Shown here: positions 1 to 12,265 of the stretch, one piece after another | Layout: every line of letters starts with the position of its first letter | How positions within the stretch are numbered: the first letter of the stretch is position 1 | Source of the DNA: Octopus sinensis | Lineage: Eukaryota | Length of the DNA: 64,000 nucleotides | Direction of reading: 5' to 3' | Assembly (NCBI RefSeq): GCF_006345805.1 | Contig: NC_043006.1 | Span: 40,052,001 to 40,116,000 of the forward strand | The notes under the pieces: model-generated | What the model was told of the DNA's origin: nothing | The model's input: the letters and a program-made list of their open reading frames with translations, nothing else | Databases searched by the model: none | Translations under genes and position numbers: made by a program

Positions 1-36
1 TTTGGCGTCGCTGTTTAGACGCTGACCTATTTGGAC
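1..36. repeat. Terminal-repeat fragment of the 843-2001 MITE family; the rest lies off-window
   Basis: Reverse complement (gtccaaataggtcagcgtctaaacagcgacgccaaa) aligns with 1923-1958 (atgtcaaataagtcagcgtcgaatcagtgacgccaaa). Confidence 0.6.
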
Positions 37-239
37 AAGTAGTTTTTTTTGTGCTGGTTAGCCTCAAACTTGTAATCATAATTATAAAACTACTCGACTC
101 CTAAACTTCGTTTAACTTTCGACCTCACTTTATGGTGGTTGGTGAAATATTGAGGAAACATGGAAAAGAAAAAGAAAAAGTTTCTCACGATGGATTTCCA
201 TACGTCTTTGACGAAGAACTAACAGTGAATTTTATTCAT

Positions 240-422
240 TGACACAAGGCCTGCAATTTTAGGAGGTGGGGGATAAGTCAATTACATCGACCTCAGTGAT
301 CGACTGCTACTTATTTTATCGACCTCGAAAGGACAAAAGGCAAAGTCGACCTCGGCAGAATTTGAACACTGAACGTAAAGACGGACGAAATGCCGCTAAG
401 CATTTTGCTCAGCGTGCTAAAA
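240..422 (-). mobile_element. tRNA-derived SINE, family B
   Basis: Reverse complement of the recurrent ...gttc(t)gagttcaaattccgccgaggtcgactttgcctttcatcctttcggggtcgataaa...agtaccag body. Confidence 0.85.
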
Positions 423-842
423 CATGAAGGTGAGTGTTTCGCTGATAAACATTTCTCTGACAGTTATCAGTACTCATATTGAACAACAGACATATTGAAT
501 TCTTCAATATACCTTTTGGTCACTGTTCGTGAATAATTTCTTATCTACTACAGTAACAGAAGAACTTTGGTTTATCCCTCCCCTACTTAAATCTAAAAAT
601 ATTACCGTATTGCAAGTCAGTTTTCGTAATCTAACTATTCTGAAGAAAACTAATTTTTTTTTTCGTACGTATATGACTAAGCTGTCAAAATTATCCTTGA
701 CATTTGTCTGTGCGTGTTTTAATACCGATCACAAAAGCTTAAGAGACAGCAACAATATAGTGTCTGTTGTATGAGATATATTGAACTTTTAGTGTGATTT
801 CTGTATTTCACTGAAGTTATTTTCGTGTCTTGTCTCTGTGGA

Positions 843-1333
843 CGGAATGAGATGTTTGGGCGGAGCTGTTTGGACGCTAAGGAATTGCCATGGCTGAGTG
901 GACATTCAGCCTGTTTTGGTGCTGGAGAAAAACGCGCACATGCGCGCGTGCAAACACACACATACACACGCATTCGCAAGCACACACGCACATACTGACA
1001 CGCAGATATACGCGCGCGCGCCCATCACTCACAAGCACACATGCGCAGCAATATATACATGCATATAGAAAGAGTGAAAGAGAGAAAGAGACAGACATGT
1101 CAACCATAACCAATTAATAGTTATGTTTGTCTAATTTCCTGCTTTTCATGCATATAAACAAAATATATTTACACAGGTGTGGCTGTGTGGTAAGTAACTT
1201 GCTTACCAAACCACATAATTCCGGGTTCAGTCCCTCTGCGTGGCACCTTGGGCAAGTGCCTTATACTATAGCCTGGGGCCAACCAAAGCCTTGTGAGTGG
1301 ATTTAGTAGACAGAAACTGAAAGAAGCCCGTCG

Positions 1334-1367
<34 letters not shown>

Positions 1368-1676
1368 GTGTGTGTGTGTGTGTGTATGTGTGTGTGTGTA
1401 TGTTTGTGTGTCTGTCTGTCTCCCCATCATCGCTTGACAACCGATGTTGGTATGTTTACATCCCTGTAACTGAGCGGTTCGGCAATAGATTCCGATAGAA
1501 TAAGTACTAGGCTTACAAAGAATAAGTCCTAGAGTCGATTTGTTCGACTAAAGGTGGTGCTCCAACATGGCTGCCGTCAAATGACTGAAACAAATAAAAG
1601 AATACATAAACACAGCGAAAGAGAGAGAGAGAGAGAGGGAGATGGGAGAAGAAAAGGGAGAGAGAGAGAGAGAGAG

Positions 1677-1751
<75 letters not shown>

Positions 1752-2001
1752 CGAGAAAGACATTACAATTTATTAATCGAACTCGACTGACATAAGCTCT
1801 TTTCATCTACTCATACAAATAAAAGAGCAATACACTCATTGAGGGAGAGAGTGACATTACAATTTATTAATTGAACTCGACAGACGTAAGCACATTCCCT
1901 CTTCTCGTACACATAACGTCTGATGTCAAATAAGTCAGCGTCGAATCAGTGACGCCAAATAGGCGTCGCCAAAACGGCTGTGCCAAGACGTCTCATAACC
2001 G
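843..2001. mobile_element. Non-autonomous DNA element with degenerate TIRs, carrying a nested family A SINE and (GA)n
   Basis: Left end cggaatgagatgtttgggcggagctgtttggacgc resembles the reverse complement of the right end (cggttatgagacgtcttggcacagccgttttggcgacgcc). A second copy lies inverted at 43867-44424. No TSD seen, superfamily unassigned. Confidence 0.6.
1174..1603 (+). mobile_element. tRNA-derived SINE, family A (full length, internal (TA)n(TG)n)
   Basis: Head ggctgtgtggtaagt...gggttcagtcc, ccttgggcaagtg segment, internal microsatellite, tail ggtgctccaacatggc...aatgactgaaacaaataaaag. Confidence 0.9.
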
Positions 2002-2149
2002 TTTCCCTACTGCTTGTGGTGACATTATAAAGTAAGGTTTCTTGATGTGTGACAAGCTTTCAGCTGGAGCTAGTCAATTTCACATAGAAAATGAAACATT
2101 AATTCCACAATTTCATATTTCTGATGCAAAGAAGTTCAACGATCATCTG

Positions 2150-2268
2150 TGTCACGCTCAGTCTCCCTGAGAACTATGTTAAGAGTACACGTGTCTGTGG
2201 AGTGCTCAGCCACTTGCACGTTAATTTCACGAGCAGGCTATTCTGTTGATCAGATCAGCTGGAATCCC
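2150..2268 (+). mobile_element. SINE family C, 3' fragment
   Basis: gagaacta(c/t)gttaag..tacacgtgtctgtggagtgctcagccacttgcacgttaatttcacgagcagg matches the fuller copy at 44938. Confidence 0.85.
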
Positions 2269-2272
2269 ACTG

Positions 2273-3060
2273 AGGAAGGAGCCGGTTTCCGACAAAGATA
2301 CGAGGCTCCATCTTTGAGATGTAGTTAACACAGACAAATTCACATTTGGAACTTGAGAAAAATCTTGCATATTTTTACTGTTCCACTCACAGATTGCACT
2401 TGTAATGTACGAATCAGCCGGTCAGTTACTCTTTCTGAAAATCACAGTTCATACAGATTCTCCTTTGAGCATTTACTAACAAAACCTAGTGCTCCAATTA
2501 TTATTGGTATGGATATAAATCTAAAATCTGGATTTAGAAGCTGGAGGTTTCGAAGCAGTTGTCCATAGATATCCTCTTTTACTTTGATTTTCAAAGAGAT
2601 ATTTATATCTGCAAGGTAGCTAACCTCTATGATGGTACATATCTTTGCCCCTCTGACCCAAACAACAATATCCAGCCTGTTTTGTTTACATTTCACAGCA
2701 GTTTTGATGGGAATATTTCACCAATATTCCTTGAGTTGGTATTTATGAATGTATTCCATAACAAAGGGATTTTCTAAGTTTATTTCAGGACAGTCTTTTT
2801 TGCGGATGGCATTGTAAATTGTTGTCGCAACAACATCGTGCCACATTGGAAGGTTTACCGTGACGATATTTTAGGACAGCTGCTAATCACATGCGTAATG
2901 TCTTCCACAGAAACATGACTTAGCCTACACATGCGGTTGCACCTTACGATTAAAAGAGCGTCACTGTACGTATGTATGTACCCAAAAGTAACCGGAAACG
3001 TTCTCTGTGGGGCAAGCCCGTTAGAGCTGAGGCTTCCGCCACTGGAAACCACTTGATGCG
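2273..3060 (-). pseudogene. 3' end of a non-LTR retrotransposon with CCHC finger and restriction-like endonuclease (RLE; R2/R4/NeSL-type architecture), degraded
   Basis: CRLSHVSVEDITHVISSCPK (decayed CCHC), then QNRLDIVVW...CTIIEVSY...KEDIYGQL...IPIIIGALG (PD-(D/E)xK-like RLE motifs) over several frames. Confidence 0.8.
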
Positions 3061-3109
3061 ATCCTCAGGCATCAATCTGCCGACCGGCATCATTGAATGC
3101 GGTCATTCA

Positions 3110-3773
3110 ACAACGTGGTGTGTATTTGTTTTACAAGGCTTCTCTCCTGTTCGTCGATTTTCCGTGAAATCCTGTTTTCTGCTGGGGAAAACAGAAACAG
3201 TTGTCATGCTTCAAACAGCTTACAAGGACGCTGCCACGAGGAAAATACAAGTCTGTGAGTGGTTTTTACGCTTTAGGAATGGCTAAATGTCGCTTGAAGA
3301 CCAACTTCGTTCAGGGCGATCGTCGACCTTTCGAATGAATGAAAACACGAAAATTCACGAAGGACCGTCACTGAACAGTTAAAGAACTTGTTATGACTTG
3401 TTATGTGTCTAGGAGTTCCTTCCGACGAATTTTGAGCGAGGAATTACGAATGAGAAGACTTACAGCAAAATTTCTGCCTCGCTTACTCACAAAAGAACAA
3501 AAGCAGTCACAACTGGATGCGTGTCGTAAAACTAAAGCTGGTGCTACGGAATTTGTAGATGTGGAAGAGGTGAAGAAAAAAAAAAACGACCGAGGAGTTA
3601 AAAGATTTCACTTCGGAAGAGATCCAGCACTGCTTCAGATTGTGGAAAACGCATCTGGGCCGATGCATTGCTTCAAATAGAGAATACTTCGCAGGCGATA
3701 AAAGTTTAAACATAAAACTAAGTGAAAATAAGATAATACTGCAAAATTCTGGTTTCCTTTGGGTGCCCACTCG
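3110..3773 (+). pseudogene. Internally deleted mariner transposase remnant with right TIR
   Basis: VKSCFLLGKTETVVMLQTAYKDAA..QVCEWF.RFRNG; RILSEELRMRRLTAKFLPRLLTKEQK; jump to FVDVEEVKKK...WKTHLGRCIASNREYFAGD; ends ...gggtgcccactcg|TA. Confidence 0.85.
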
Positions 3774-4094
3774 TATTTTTAAGTGTGTGTATGCATGCAT
3801 ATGCTTTGATTTTTTCTATTTGTGTCAGTGTGTATGTGTTTGGAGTCTATATGTTATTGTGCCTATGTGTCATAATATACGTATACACCTCCGTCTGAAA
3901 ACCACGAGTAGGAATGCATTAATGGGATTCAAACTTGACCTATATAGAATGGCTTTCAAGAAGATATCTCGAAACTTGTTATAAAGTTTCCAGGTCAACA
4001 ACGATTCCAAAAATCCATTGATATCTTTTAAAATATTATTTTAATTTTTTAAGAAAATTAGTCATTGAATATTTTAATGGTAAAATCATGATTT

Positions 4095-4142
<48 letters not shown>

Positions 4143-4577
4143 AAGAAAAAAGAAAGAAAGAGAGAAGCCACTTATGACACTTATAACAAGAGGCTCCTTA
4201 GAGCAATAGAAAATGTGCGGATGAAAATATCTAATGCATTGGAAATGTATTAAGAGGGAAAAAAATCATTTGGAAAATAACAAAAACCTATTTATATATC
4301 GGTTTTATTAGTATTGGTTGTTGACCCGGATTGATGTAATGGGACGGAAATTTTGTGTAAAAGTACACAAGCTCAATGAATTACGAATAATTCAAGAATA
4401 ATCAACTTCACTAATCGTTGAACTGAACTGCTTAACATCAGAAAGGAAGAGAAGTGGCGTTTGTCAAGAATCAGTCGATCAAAGTTCAATCGTTCAATAA
4501 TCCAGTCATTCAAAATAAAAAAAAAAAAAAAATAATATAATAACGAGATTGATCTACGATTTCAATCACTTGTGTAT

Positions 4578-4682
4578 CGGTTTCAAATTTTGGCACAAGA
4601 CCAGTAGTTTTTTTTTGGGGGGGGGGGGTAAGTCGATTACGTCGACCCTAGTCCTCAACTAGTACTTGCTTTATCGACTGCT
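4578..4682 (-). mobile_element. SINE family B, 3' fragment
   Basis: caaattttggcacaagaccag...gtcgattacgtcgaccc..gtcctcaactagtacttg.tttatcgac. Confidence 0.75.
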
Positions 4683-4754
4683 AATTAACGGGGACGTAAA
4701 CAAACTGACACTAGTTTTCGACCGGTGTGGAGATAAAAGCAAAGAGGCAAATGC

Positions 4755-4756
4755 AT

Positions 4757-4829
<73 letters not shown>

Positions 4830-4847
4830 CACACACACACACACACA
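4755..4847. repeat. (CA)n microsatellite
   Basis: About 45 CA units. Confidence 0.95.
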
Positions 4848-5016
4848 CGATGGACTTCTTTCAGTTTCCTTCTATTAATTCCACTCAAAAGGCTTTGGTC
4901 GGTCCGGAGTTACAGTAGAATCGGTAGAATCCTCTTGCCCAAGGTGCCGCGAAATGAGATTGAACTCGAATCAACGTGTCTGCAAAGTGAACTTCTCCAA
5001 CCAAACAACCATGCCT
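4847..5016 (-). mobile_element. SINE family A, 5' half
   Basis: ttctttcagtttcc...ccactcaaaaggctttggtcgg...ttgcccaaggtgccgc. Confidence 0.8.
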
Positions 5017-5049
5017 TCACCTTGTGATGATGTTATTAATTTCTCAAAT

Positions 5050-5232
5050 TAGCACGTCGGACAAACATGATTAGCGGCATTTCTTTCGGCTCGTTTATGT
5101 CCTGAGTTCAAATTCCGCCGAGGCCGACTTTCTCTTTCATCCTTTCGGGGTCGATAAATCAAGTACCAGTGAAATCGACTTATCTCTCCCCACAAATTTT
5201 AGGCCATGTGCCTTTAACAGAAAGGATTCTTC
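5050..5232 (+). mobile_element. SINE family B
   Basis: tcctgagttcaaattccgccgaggccgact...catcctttcggggtcgataaatcaagtaccag. Confidence 0.85.
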
Positions 5233-5247
5233 TTGTTATTATTCTTT

Positions 5248-5638
5248 TACTCTTTTACTTGTTTCAGGCATTTGACTGCGGCCATGCTGGAGCACCGCCT
5301 TTAGTTGAGCAAATCGACCCCAGGACTTGTTCTTTGTAAGCCTAGTTCTCATTCTGTCGGTATCTTTTGCCGAACCGCTAATTTACGGGGACATAAACAC
5401 ACCAGCATCGGTTGTCAAGCGATGCTGGGTGGGGAGGTCAAATACAGACACACAAGCACACACACATATATACATATATACGAGGGCTTCCTTCAGTTTC
5501 CGCCTACCAAATCCACTCACAAGGCTTTGGTCGGCCCGAGGCTATAGTAGAAGACACTTGCCCAAGGTGCCACGCAGTGGGACTGAACCCGGAGCCATGT
5601 GGTTGGTAAGCAAGCTACTTACTACACAGCCACTCCTG
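5248..5638 (-). mobile_element. SINE family A (full length)
   Basis: Reverse complement of the 1174 copy; ends acacagccactcctg. Confidence 0.9.
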
Positions 5639-5639
5639 A

Positions 5640-5850
5640 AGGTGGCGCCTGACAGAATGGTCAACACGCTGGACAAAATGCTTAGCGACATTTCTTCCAA
5701 CTTTGCACGTTCTGAGTTCAAATTTGGCCGATTCCAACTTTTCCTTTCATTGTTTCGGGGTCGATAGTATAAATAACAGTTGAGCACTGGGGTCAATCTA
5801 TTCGGCCTGCTCGTTCCCTAAAATTTCAAGCCCTGTGCCTATAGATGAAA
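5640..5850 (+). mobile_element. SINE family B (diverged)
   Basis: ggtggcgcctgacagaatgg...ttctgagttcaaatt...tttcggggtcgata. Confidence 0.75.
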
Positions 5851-5977
5851 GAATCATAAATTTCTTCAAAAGCTGCTTCCGGTTTCGTAAATGGTACACA
5901 AGAGCTATGTCTGTGTAATGTTTGTTTTTAAAATCGGACAATGCATGTGAAAGCGAAAAGGTTTTCCTCTTGAACTG

Positions 5978-6826
5978 CACCGTCTCGACTTACGACCTAT
6001 GCGAATTACAAATATCCGCTCTTACGACTCCAATAAATAAATATATAAATAAATCGATTTTCGGACGTTGGGCAGCTGCGCGCACGATAACTATGACAGC
6101 ATCTAGCAACGCAGGCTTCCATCAGACCCAGGCATTCACTGCCTGCCACTGTCTCTCACTCAGTCGAACGCTTATTAAAGGTTGAACGTATTAAGATGCT
6201 GTGCGTGGTTATCGTAGGATATATAACAAAACAAAAAGAAAAAAAGAAAAATACTAGTCAGAAAATCTCACCATATTCCTCAAAAAACCGTCTATCTCAA
6301 CCCCCAAACAACTGTGAAGATTAAAAATTTTCAGTTACACTTTTTTCACAGGAACAATTTTTTTTCTTTCGTTTTTGGATTTGGTTTGCAAGATTCTTTA
6401 TGTGAGTTCGTGTGTTGAAGCATATTCTGTTGTGTCTGGGGAGAGTCATTCTCTTTTAGTGCCTTATAATTTAACACAGTCACAGGTAAAATTTCCACTC
6501 ATTTACTTATTTTTCTAAAATTTTCATTGCGTCTTGCGACCTTTTCAATAGTTGTTGACAATTTTTTTTATTGCATGCATGCAGAATTCCATTTGTATTA
6601 ATTTTTACATTAATTTTCAATATTTATTTTCGTTTACAGTATAACAGAGTACGTATTATGTATTTTTCACATTAGGTACAATAATTATGGATTCAATTCT
6701 TGTGTTTATATTTTTATAACTCTTGAATGTAAAGAACTTTGTAAAATATAAATCCGACATACGACCAGATCGACTTACGACCCGTCTGGCGAAACGGAAC
6801 TCGGTCGTATGTAGAGGAAAAGGTAT
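5978..6826. mobile_element. pogo/Tigger-like MITE remnant with a nested repeat
   Basis: ctcgacttacgacc near the left end; cgacttacgacc...ggtcgtatgtagagg near the right end. Confidence 0.45.
6365..6560. repeat. Interspersed repeat of unknown class (second copy 34881-35112)
   Basis: ttcgtttttgg.tttggtttgcaa.attctttatgtga..cgtgtgttgaagcatatt.tgttgtgtctgg.gagagtcattct shared by both loci. Confidence 0.8.
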
Positions 6827-7155
6827 AATTTTTTTACTCTGGAAATTTTTGACTTAAGGAATAAATCTTAGAAAATCTTGAACGTTCTGAACATGGTTGT
6901 GCTTGGCGACATTGATTCAGTGGTCGTAGTAATTTTTCCTTCAAGTTAAATTTTTTTTTACAGAATAAAGACGCTGTTTTATATCTTTTTATTTTGGAAT
7001 CAGTCATTATTTTTGCCTAAAGGAACTCATTACGAAGTTACTACCTACATACATGCATGCATAAATTACGTGCTTTCATTCATATAAGCGTGTGTATGTG
7101 CATATAGAACAAATACACACGCATAGACGGGATACACACACGCACACATATATAT

Positions 7156-7204
<49 letters not shown>

Positions 7205-7347
7205 TATATATCACACACATACATATATGTATATATATCACACACACGTATGTCACACATATATATATATATATATATCACATATATCACATATATACAC
7301 ACGTATATCTATATATATCTATACGTATATCTATCTATCTATATATC

Positions 7348-7394
<47 letters not shown>

Positions 7395-8063
7395 TTCAGT
7401 GTGTATATATATATATATATATATGAGTGAGAGAGAGCAATGGAGAACGAGAGACAGAGAGATAGATAGAGGGAGGGAGAGTGAGAAAGATTTATGCAAC
7501 AAGAAATTTAATACAATATTTGAATTTTTGATGAAGTGCCCCCCCCCCCCCCGCCTTTGGCTAAGAAATAAGTATCTTTCTCGAGCACAAACTATATTTA
7601 AAATTGCATATAAGTTTGAATATTTTTTAAACAGAACATAACAAATATGTTTTATTAATTTAACTTTCTGAACTGCACAAATTTAATATAATTATATTTT
7701 AAATGTAAAACTGTTGTAAAGAGGCACACATTTGGAAACGAGCATTCGTCTACATATTCAGTAATGTTGTTAAATACATAAAAAGAATAGTTTTTTTTTA
7801 ATTGCTTGTATTTATTTCTCAAAACGTTGAGTAATGTCAAAAGTATGTTTAAATCTTTTCTCATACAACAGAACGAGAACAAATCCGAAAATAAAATCGG
7901 CGAAGTGTCGGTCATCTGAGTGGCTAACACGAAGCAAATCATCCCGAATTTAAAAGTAGATCGATAAATGCTCCACCTGAAGCTCTTTTTAAATAAAAAT
8001 CATCTGTTAAAAAATTACTGTTTTTAAATCTCACAACGTACTTTTTAAATCTCACAACAGTAC

Positions 8064-8419
8064 TTTGGAGTAAAGAATGTCTGCCAACATAACATGGCAG
8101 TCCTGGTCTAGGGTGAAGGTAGCTGTAATATAGCCCCAGGAGACATCGTCTCCAGCTGGCTATACAACACTATCTGTGTCCTTATATGTTCGAACAAGGG
8201 AATCTAGCATCCCCCCTCACTCAGCTAAAAACAATATCTGTGTATCGCGATTTCCGAGTGCTAGAGTGGGAGTGCTAGATTCCCCTTGTTCGAACATATA
8301 AGGACACAGATCGTGCCGTATAGCCAGCTGGAGACGATGTCTCCTGGGGGTAAATTACAGCAACATTAGTCCTAAGCCAGGACTGCCATGTTATGTTGAC
8401 AGATAATCTTTACTCCAAA
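8064..8419. mobile_element. Fold-back MITE with ~145-bp inverted arms
   Basis: tttggagtaaag...caacataacatggcagtcctgg...ggagacatcgtctccagctggctata...gttcgaacaagggaatctagca is mirrored as its reverse complement across a ~60-bp spacer. Confidence 0.9.
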
Positions 8420-8544
8420 AATCATCTGATCAAGATCCCTTTTTGCCAGGCGAGATGAAGAAAGTAAAGGTTTTGAGGCCAGCTGCAAATGAGAAGGCTC
8501 GTTACAGAACTACTCAAGAGAAAGTATAGAAAAAGATCTTTTTA

Positions 8545-8665
8545 CTGGTACTCCGTCGGTAACGACGACGAGTATTCCAGTTGATCCGATCAACGGAACA
8601 GCCAGCTCGTTAAATTAACGTGCAAGTGGCTGAGTACTCCACAGATACATGTACTCTTAACGTAG
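8545..8665 (-). mobile_element. SINE family C, 3' fragment
   Basis: ggtactccgtcggtaacgacgacgag..ttccagttgatccgatcaacggaacagc...cgtgcaagtggctgagtactccacaga. Confidence 0.85.
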
Positions 8666-8759
8666 TTCTAAAGAAGATTCAGCATGAAACAAAATCTGAC
8701 AAGGTCGGCCATTTGGAATACATGTACAACTCATTTTGGCCAACTGCGAGGAGTGGAGC

Positions 8760-9052
8760 AACCTACCTACCTACCTACCTACCTACCTACCTACTTACCT
8801 ACCTACCTACCTACCTACCTATCTACCTACCTACCTACCTACCCGTCCGCCTACCTACCTGCCTACCTGTTTGCCTGCCTGTCTGCCAACCTGTTTGTCT
8901 GCCTTCCAGTCTACCTGCCTGCCTGCCAGTCTGCCTACCTGCATGTCTGTCTACTTGCCTACCTGCCTGCCAGATTGCCTACCTACTTGCTTGCTTGTCT
9001 ACTTGCCTACCTGTCTGTCTGTCTGTCTACTTGCCTACCTGCCAGTCTGACT
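8760..9052. repeat. Compound tetranucleotide repeat (CCTA)n grading into (CCTG/TCTG)n
   Basis: Direct inspection; source of the PTYL/PACL ORFs. Confidence 0.95.
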
Positions 9053-9544
9053 TTCTGCATATGTATACGTGTGTTTGTGTGCATGCATGTGGGTGCGTGG
9101 CGAGGAAATTTTTTTCTGCCGAAATTTGAAAATAAAATTTCGACATCGTCTCAAGGAAATTGTCAGACGCCACGCTTCTCCAGAAATACTTGTCTGTATT
9201 ATACAGAACAATTTACAGTTTCTTTGTCGGTTTCTCTTCTTTCTTTTTAGATTTTTAACGTTATTTCTAGATTCAATTCTAACAACAAATATTTGAGAAA
9301 CGACAGCGGCACCAAATCAACAATCTTCTTCGTTGGCGTTTAGTTATTCCTTCGCATATAGAGTTACATATGCACGCATGCCCACACAAATGTGCGCGCA
9401 CACACACACACGCAAACATAAGCAGTATACATGTGTGCTTCTGTATGTGTGTATATACATACACACACACATATATATATACGCATATATATACACATAT
9501 ATATACACACATATATACACACACATATATATACACACACACAC

Positions 9545-9604
<60 letters not shown>

Positions 9605-10464
9605 GCACATATACATGCATTCACTATGTATATATACGCGCACACGCACTCATACACACATTAATATATATTGAAAGGAGAGAGGGAGATAGAGAAAGAG
9701 AGAGAAAAAGTTGAAAATGAACTTGGAAGTTTTTGAAACATTTATTCAAATTAACTTAACCGGGTTCACAATTCATTATTTTCAAAAGTCAATCGAAAGT
9801 GATGAAATTGTTCAACTGTTGAAGTGAATTTGAATAAATATTTAAGTTTCCATGTGCTCTTTCAACAATTTCATTTCCTTCTATTTCTACGTGTATGGAA
9901 AAGTTTCTTCTTCTGTGTGTGTGTGTGTGTAAAGTATAATGGTCACTAGCGAATATGTAAGTACTATGTTATCGTAATTTTGGTGGTAGTGGTGGTGGTG
10001 GTGGTGGTGGGGGCAATGTACTCGTGAGCAGCTGTTGATATCCTTTTAGGCCTGGAACACGTTGCTCAACAAACTGTCGAAGATGTAACCTCTGGGAAGA
10101 ATAAGTTGGGCCCGCATGTTATCACATACATAGTCATGCATACATACATATACATGTACATACACACATATTCATAGATATATACACACACACATATATA
10201 TACATATATATGCATACACACATACACACACACGTATATACATATATACACACATACATATATATATACACACATATTCACATGCATCCACACATACATG
10301 CATACATACTCATACATTCATACTTACATAATCATAATACATGCTTACATACACGTACATGCATGCATACATACACACATATATACACATACACGTATAT
10401 ATACAAATACATACATATATGCATGTACATACGTACATATACATACATACACAGACATGTACAA

Positions 10465-10760
10465 ATCACCTATCTGTCCGGCACATCGATTAAAGTAATG
10501 CAAATAAGTTGGCTAGCCACCTATGGAATTTAAAGGGCAGCACCACACCACATACAATTAAGTGGAGAATAGTAGAGAAATCCAAGTCATATGTTAACGG
10601 ATTTAAGAAATGCTACTTATGCGTAGCGGAAAGATTTCATATTCTTAGATTCAGCAATTCCAACACACAACTTAATTCCAGATCTGAAAGTTTTAGTAGG
10701 TGTAGACACATGGACAGATTTCTCCTATCGAATTGGAGGGTACCACCCGCTCCGGAATGA
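10465..10760 (+). pseudogene. Penelope-like element, GIY-YIG endonuclease C-terminal fragment
   Basis: SHLWNLK...IKWRIVEKSKSYVNGFKKCYLCVAERFHIL...LNSRSESFSRCRH matches the HxWxLK/IxW/CxLCxxEK/LNxRSE/CRH pattern of PLE endonuclease C-termini. Confidence 0.8.
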
Positions 10761-10994
10761 GTTACTGTCTCGCAGACTTACACATATTTTCTATTATTTT
10801 CTTCTATACCAGTTGTATTTAATGAGTTTTCTGCAGTCAGGGAGGAGGAGGATCTTAGTTTTCTTAATTTCGTTTCTTTTTTGTTTTTTTCTCGTTCAAT
10901 TTTATGTCGTAACATTTTTCACGTTTTTCCACGCTTCTTCTTATTTTCTCGCTGCCCAGCGTCCTTGTTCTTAAAATATATATAACGCATGAAC

Positions 10995-11081
10995 AGAGCC
11001 TGAAAGATTGCTTGGAGATACATGGCGTATTTTATAAATATGCCTGTTCATGTATCATAAAAGCATGAAACTATTAGCTCT
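10995..11081 (+). ncRNA. Decayed type I hammerhead-like motif in the Penelope 3' region
   Basis: agagc-CUGAAAGA-uugcuu...aagcau-GAAA-cuauua-gcucu. Stem I agagc/gctct is perfect; the core has an extra A and stem III a mismatch. Confidence 0.55.
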
Positions 11082-11109
11082 TTTGGTTGTGTATTAAATT
11101 GATATGTGT

Positions 11110-11296
11110 ATGTGTGTGCCCAACCACCACTTGGAAACTGGTGTTGGTGTGCTTACGTTCCCGTAATGTAGCGGTGCAGCAAAAGAGACCGATAGAATAA
11201 GTACCAGGTTTAGAAAGAAAATCGATTACTTCAACTAAAATTCTTCAAGGCAGTGCCCCAGCATGGCCGTAGTCTAATGAATGAAACAAGTAAAAG
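11110..11296 (+). mobile_element. SINE family A, 3' half
   Basis: ggtgttggtgtgcttacgttcccgtaa...agagaccgatagaataagtaccagg...gtgccccagcatggccg. Confidence 0.8.
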
Positions 11297-11904
11297 ACAA
11301 ATGATATTTAACACAGGAGTAAATATCCAACGTGGAGTAATTTAATATTTAATCGAGGTAGAAATTCGAGAAAATGGCGTATAATTTCACCCAATTTTCT
11401 ACATATCTTGAAGATTAATTTGATAGCTTGAAAACTAAGCGGCCACTGAGAATAGTCAATTAATTTTACATTTTTGATGATTTGCAAAATTTAGTTTTCG
11501 AGGCATTATATTTTATTAAAAAAAAAGATTAATAAGCTTCAAGAAAATTATTTAAGTCTTATATATCGGATTGTATTAAAACCTATCATTTGTTATTTTA
11601 ATAGCTTCACTTGTTGTGGAAAGGCACGATGGAATTTTCGAATATCATATGGAATTTTTTTTACATCAAGATTTAATAATATTGATTTAATAATGGCCAT
11701 CAGAACTGTGTAAGCTTCAGTCTCTATACCAACTGTGCACTTGCCCACCATTTCGTCATTTTACGATAGTGTTCAAAAACTCGTTACTTGACTGTTTATG
11801 AAACTCTTTGTGCAATTTCATAATAAATTTGACTTAGGACAACATTAGAAAGTCCTTACAATCTAGGCTTTCGCCATAGGTAATAATGATAATCCTTTCT
11901 ACTA

Positions 11905-12200
11905 TAGGCACATCGACTCCAGTGTATAACTGGTACTTATTTAATCGACCTCGAAAGGATGAAAGGCAAAGTCGACCTCGGCGGAATTTGAACTCAGAAT
12001 GTAGCGGCAGACGAAACACCGCTAAGTACTTCGCTAACGATTCTGCCACCTCACCGCCTTAATAGCAATAATAATGGATTCAAATTTTGGCTCAAGGCCA
12101 AGTTCTGGGGAGAGAGTCGATTACATTGACCCCAGTATTCAACTGGTACTTATTCTATCGACCCCGACCCTGAATCGATGAAAAGCAAAGTCGACATGGG
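11905..12200 (-). mobile_element. Two tandem family B SINE copies
   Basis: gactccagtg..taactggtacttatttaatcgacc.cgaaaggatgaaaggcaaagtcgacctcggcggaatttgaactcagaa, then a second partial copy from ~12075. Confidence 0.85.
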
Positions 12201-12265
12201 CTTTGCCTTTCGTCCTTTTGGGGTTAATAATAATAGTAATTATAATAATAGTAATAATATATTTT

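Noticed and set aside
2273-2325. ggagcc...gaaacc-ggctcc motif (also ~45770-45815)
   Set aside because: A simple stem-loop in a retroelement 3' region; the pairing encloses GAAA, which is incompatible with a hammerhead.
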